DNA from: Podospora anserina | Lineage: Eukaryota | Reading direction: 5' to 3' | Length of the DNA: 64,000 nt | NCBI GenBank assembly: GCA_017654855.1 | Contig: CM030332.1 | Span: forward strand, 6,076,001 to 6,140,000 | Shown: positions 60,501-64,000 of the stretch, piece after piece | Layout of the letters: every line of letters starts with the position of its first letter | How positions within the stretch are numbered: the first letter of the stretch is position 1 | Made by a program: the position numbers and the translations under genes | The notes under the pieces: model-generated | The model's input: the letters and a program-made list of their open reading frames with translations, nothing else | Databases searched by the model: none | What the model was told of the DNA's origin: nothing

Positions 60501-62241
60501 CCATCAGGCAGGTCGGCTTGCCGTCCTTATCGACACGAGCAGACCACACCTCCATGTCATCCTCCTTGCAGGTATCCTCGTGAAGGCCCTCAAAGTCGAT
60601 AGAAAGAACGCGCCATTCCGGAGACTTCTTCGTCTTGCCAATGAGGAGGAATTTCAAGCTGGTTGAATCCTGAGACGTGGTAAGGATGTACGGTCTGATC
60701 TTAAGATCATCCGGTAGAGATTCAGTTTTCCATTTTTGGCCGTGGTCCAAAGAGTAGCTGATCTCAGAGATGTCCTCTTCCTTGGAGTCCTTGACAGCAA
60801 CCAAGATAGAACCCTGGTCACCAAACTCGTATTTGTGAGGCCCGTCCAAAGCCTTGGTCCATGTTTTGCCGGCGTCGTCCGAGACGTACAGGTTGCCCTT
60901 ATCCCAGTAGCTCTTCAGCTCGTCGCCAGTGTTGCCAACACCCATGACAATGCCAGGGGCAGCGCTGGAGAAGACGCGGCCGATGTTGCTAAGATCCGTT
61001 ACAGAGTGGAGATGAATGCGCTTACCATCAGCCGTGATCTTCTCAAATGTGCGCCCATCATCGAAAGTGATTTCCGAGTAGATCTCCTTGTCAGCGCCGG
61101 CCTTCTTTTCAACCTCTTCCCAATTTTTGACCTTGTTGACGAGATAGACGCCCTGAATGCCAGCGATCTTTTCAAAGTCGACATGGCCATGCTTGTTGCG
61201 GTTGGTATGCTCGGCGTTTTCAGTGAAGTGGTTACCCTTGGAGTTGCTGCTGTACATGACACCCATCGGATTACCCTGGTTCGATGTCCGTACATCAACC
61301 TGAATGCTGTAATTGGTGCTCTCCAACACGGTGTATGCGTTTTGCGCAAGACGGTGGTCGTGGCTGTCGTGGGCCGCGGGGAAGGCAGCACGGCTCCATT
61401 TCTTGGTGTCATCAGTGACAAAAAGCGCCATCTCGTCAGTGTTGAGCGAGGTAGTTGCGACCAAGATCCACTTCTTCACGATCGCAATGCTCACAACACC
61501 CTGGATAACCTTGTCAGTATCCAAGTTCGGTTCGAACTCTTGAATATTCTTGGCTTCCTCGGTCCCTTTGAAGAAGTTGTCCGAGATCTTGAGGCGCTGG
61601 TCCTGCTTCAAAGGCGAGACTTTGTCCCTGACGATGCAAATAACACGGTCTTTATCGAGGTCATCTTCACCTGTCGTGAATAGTTCTGAGCCCTTGGCCC
61701 ACCAGCAGCCATCCGTATCGTCCCGCAAGGCCTTCCCCTTGGTCTTGAATCCATCGGTGGTATAAGTTGTAACCTCCTGGCACTGAAAGCCATGGCATCT
61801 CATGCCATTGAAAATTATACGATCAGGGTCGTCGGCGTGGAAAGCCAGCATGTCGGGTCGAAAGATGCTCAGGTCGACGCCCGAGTCAAACTTTTCCCAA
61901 TTCTTGCCGCGATCCGTCGTTCGGTAATGCTTGGAGCCCTCTGTAAGGATATAGGCGCGCTTCGAATCGAACTCGTGCATGGTCAGGAGCACGGCCTTGC
62001 CTTCGGGCACAGCGTCCACGCGCTCCCACTTTGCGCCGGCGTCGTTGGAGAGATAGACATTGCCATCATCGATATCCTGGAACAGCACTACATCCGAGTC
62101 GGCAAAGTAGTTGATATTCATGGGTATATTTTCGAACTCTTTGGAGTGGAAGGTTGGGCGATCCTTCGCAGCAGCGAGGGGTGTCGCCCATAAGGCTGAG
62201 GCCAGCAAGGCCGTGGCCTGCAAAGCTCTCCAAGCCTTCAT
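57569..62241 (-). CDS. VPS10: Vacuolar protein sorting receptor Vps10/Pep1; intron 58327-58263
   Basis: Signal peptide, many Asp-box repeats (S/TxDxGxTW), two Vps10 domains each followed by a Cys-rich region (DYECDFNF, GYRKIPGNTC / GYRRIPLTTC), TM helix, acidic cytosolic tail. Confidence 0.96.
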
Positions 62242-62901
62242 GGTGCGTCGTTATCGAACCGGTCGTTCATCGACGAGGGAATCGATCGAGGGTGTATCAA
62301 AGCTGAAGGCGCGGAAGGGGAAGGCTGACTGATGTTGGCTCGCAATGCGCAGACGAACAGGCAGCGTACAAAAGTGCCGAATGCGTGTGCGTTGCAGCAG
62401 CGGGCAGCCAAGCTCGGCTCTTGGGCGTTGGACGACGATAAGATATTGGTAGGTTACGTTAGTGCCAAGCCTCGTCCTCCTCCTCGGTTGCTGCTACTGA
62501 TGTTATCTTCGTTGCTAGGAGGAAATTGTGGGAAAAGGAGATAATCACGGCAAGGCTGATGAATCTGCTCGTCTATTCTAGGCTCAAGTCCAAGCTGTCT
62601 TCTTCTCTGCGTGCAGTTGCAGCTGCAGCAAACCGTCCGTCACAAGCTGAGACGAAGGCTCACCAATAGCAGTTCACGCTGCCTGCCTGCGCCACAGTTG
62701 GGGTTTCGGGCCGCGCGGTACTTGGAGCTTGCGCCTGTTTGCCACCTAAACGGGCGTACCTTACCCCTTATCTTATCCAGCACCTGAGTGGTTCGGGAGC
62801 TCCACGATTATGAACGTGACTTTAGAGTAGACATCGAGATAAAAGAATAACAACTAATTACAAACCTAAGGAGATCTATACACAAAGGAAACAACAGTGT
62901 C

Positions 62902-62925
62902 GACAGACAGACAGACAGACAGACA
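62902..62925. repeat. (GACA)6 microsatellite
   Basis: Direct read. Confidence 0.85.
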
Positions 62926-63266
62926 GAATATGTCACCCCCACCCACCTTACCAAAGACCCACAACATCTGACAATCTTCGAGTTCCATATAACGCCGAAA
63001 GCGCACGATATAAAAGTCCCTAACAAGTACACGGAAAGTAAGCCATCGACAGAGGCCCAACACCTGACCGGGAGGCAAAAATCCACCCTCGAGCTGCTTG
63101 CCCCTGTGACGACAGTGATTTTCCTATACCCGAACCTGTTTCGACGTAATTGAAGCAACAATAACCCATTCGACCCCATGTGAAATGACAAGTATACACA
63201 TTTAAACCGTAATATGCGATTCCAAATCCGCCACTTTCTCCTCATCCCCTACATTTCTAACGTGTA

Positions 63267-64000
63267 TTAGACCTGGAAGCTGCCGGGCTTCTTGAAAACA
63301 ATGTAAGCAGTGCCGCCAGGCTTGAGACCGACCTGTTTCATCATGTTAGCCTCTTTCGTTTTTATCAACATTAGCAGAATGATACATACGGTGCAGCCCT
63401 TGTCTTGAGAGTAAGTGCCGGCCTTGAGCCAGCAGGTACCAGAGATGTCACCCTCAACCTTGATGTCAAAGTTGAGAATGGCGTGGCTGGTAGGCAGGTT
63501 GGGGAAGACGGAAAGGAAGGTCTCGCCCGTCAAGCTCTTGCCGACACCGATGTTGGTGGGGGACCAATTGCCGGCAGAATCGGGGTACTTCTCGCTCTTC
63601 CACTTGCAGGCCTCCTGAACGGGGACACCGGCGTTGTTGACGTAGTATTGAGCCGTGGTGGGCTTGCCTTCCCACTTGTAGTAGGTCCTGGAGTCGGGGT
63701 TGGTCAAAGGATAGGTTCCGCCGGGCTGAGTATCAACGGGGATGATCATGTTCTCGTTGCCAGGATAGTCGGTACGGCAAACAGCAGCGTTGTCATCGAG
63801 CTCGTTGCGGACAAAGACACCACCGGCGCCAGCCTCGCAAAGAGTCTTGACGGAGGGGCGGGTGAGCTCCAAGAAACCATCCGCATTGCACCAAAGGCCA
63901 CCGACAGACTGGCCGGTGGCACCCTGCTCCTCGGGCCACTGGGTCTTCTGGTAACCGGGAGGGCAGGCATAAGAGCACATCATCTTGGGCCCGCAGGTGC
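63267..64000 (-). CDS. SUN-family (Sim1/Uth1/Nca3/Sun4; GH132) cell-wall protein, 5' part outside the window; intron 63389-63333
   Basis: CSYACPPGYQKTQWP, GQSVGGLWC, CRTDYPGNENM, TTAQYYVNNAG, AGNWSP. Confidence 0.93.
   Translation of the reverse strand, partial: TCGPKMMCSYACPPGYQKTQWPEEQGATGQSVGGLWCNADGFLELTRPSVKTLCEAGAGGVFVRNELDDNAAVCRTDYPGNENMIIPVDTQPGGTYPLTNPDSRTYYKWEGKPTTAQYYVNNAGVPVQEACKWKSEKYPDSAGNWSPTNIGVGKSLTGETFLSVFPNLPTSHAILNFDIKVEGDISGTCWLKAGTYSQDKGCTVCIILLMLIKTKEANMMKQVGLKPGGTAYIVFKKPGSFQV

Overview
Gene-dense euchromatic window from a filamentous ascomycete. Short GT-AG introns with CTRAC branch sites and C-rich 5' / G-rich 3' gene halves resemble Sordariales such as Podospora; this assignment is an inference. 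About 26 protein-coding genes were identified, mostly housekeeping: RPP2, MPS1, SIL1, complex I 17.8-kDa subunit, a SET-domain protein, RPS15, a GH53 galactanase, an MDR reductase, a membrane-anchored glutaredoxin, MRPL49, RPB7, MPO1, an APQ12-like gene, GPN3, SAM synthetase, MTD1, a Gpr1/Fun34 transporter, MMS19, SPC2, EMC3, RPC25, a NUFIP1/CCCH protein, VPS10 and a partial SUN-family gene. No transposon, tRNA, rRNA or CRISPR was recognised. Two non-coding signals stand out. (1) The long 5'-UTR introns of two unrelated one-carbon/methyl-cycle genes, SAM synthetase (+) and MTD1 (-), share an ordered motif set anchored at the 5' splice site: AAG|GTGAGT, CGATWTCAC, TTGCGCTT and an exact 13-mer TGCCCCTCGTCTG. 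Both also have potential helices that would mask the donor, which suggests a shared, possibly metabolite-responsive splicing control element. (2) An oversized intron of the complex I 17.8-kDa gene encloses a ~287-nt structured RNA closed by an in-register kink-turn, a candidate atypical box C/D-like RNA. All exon boundaries and base pairings were derived by hand and need computational confirmation.
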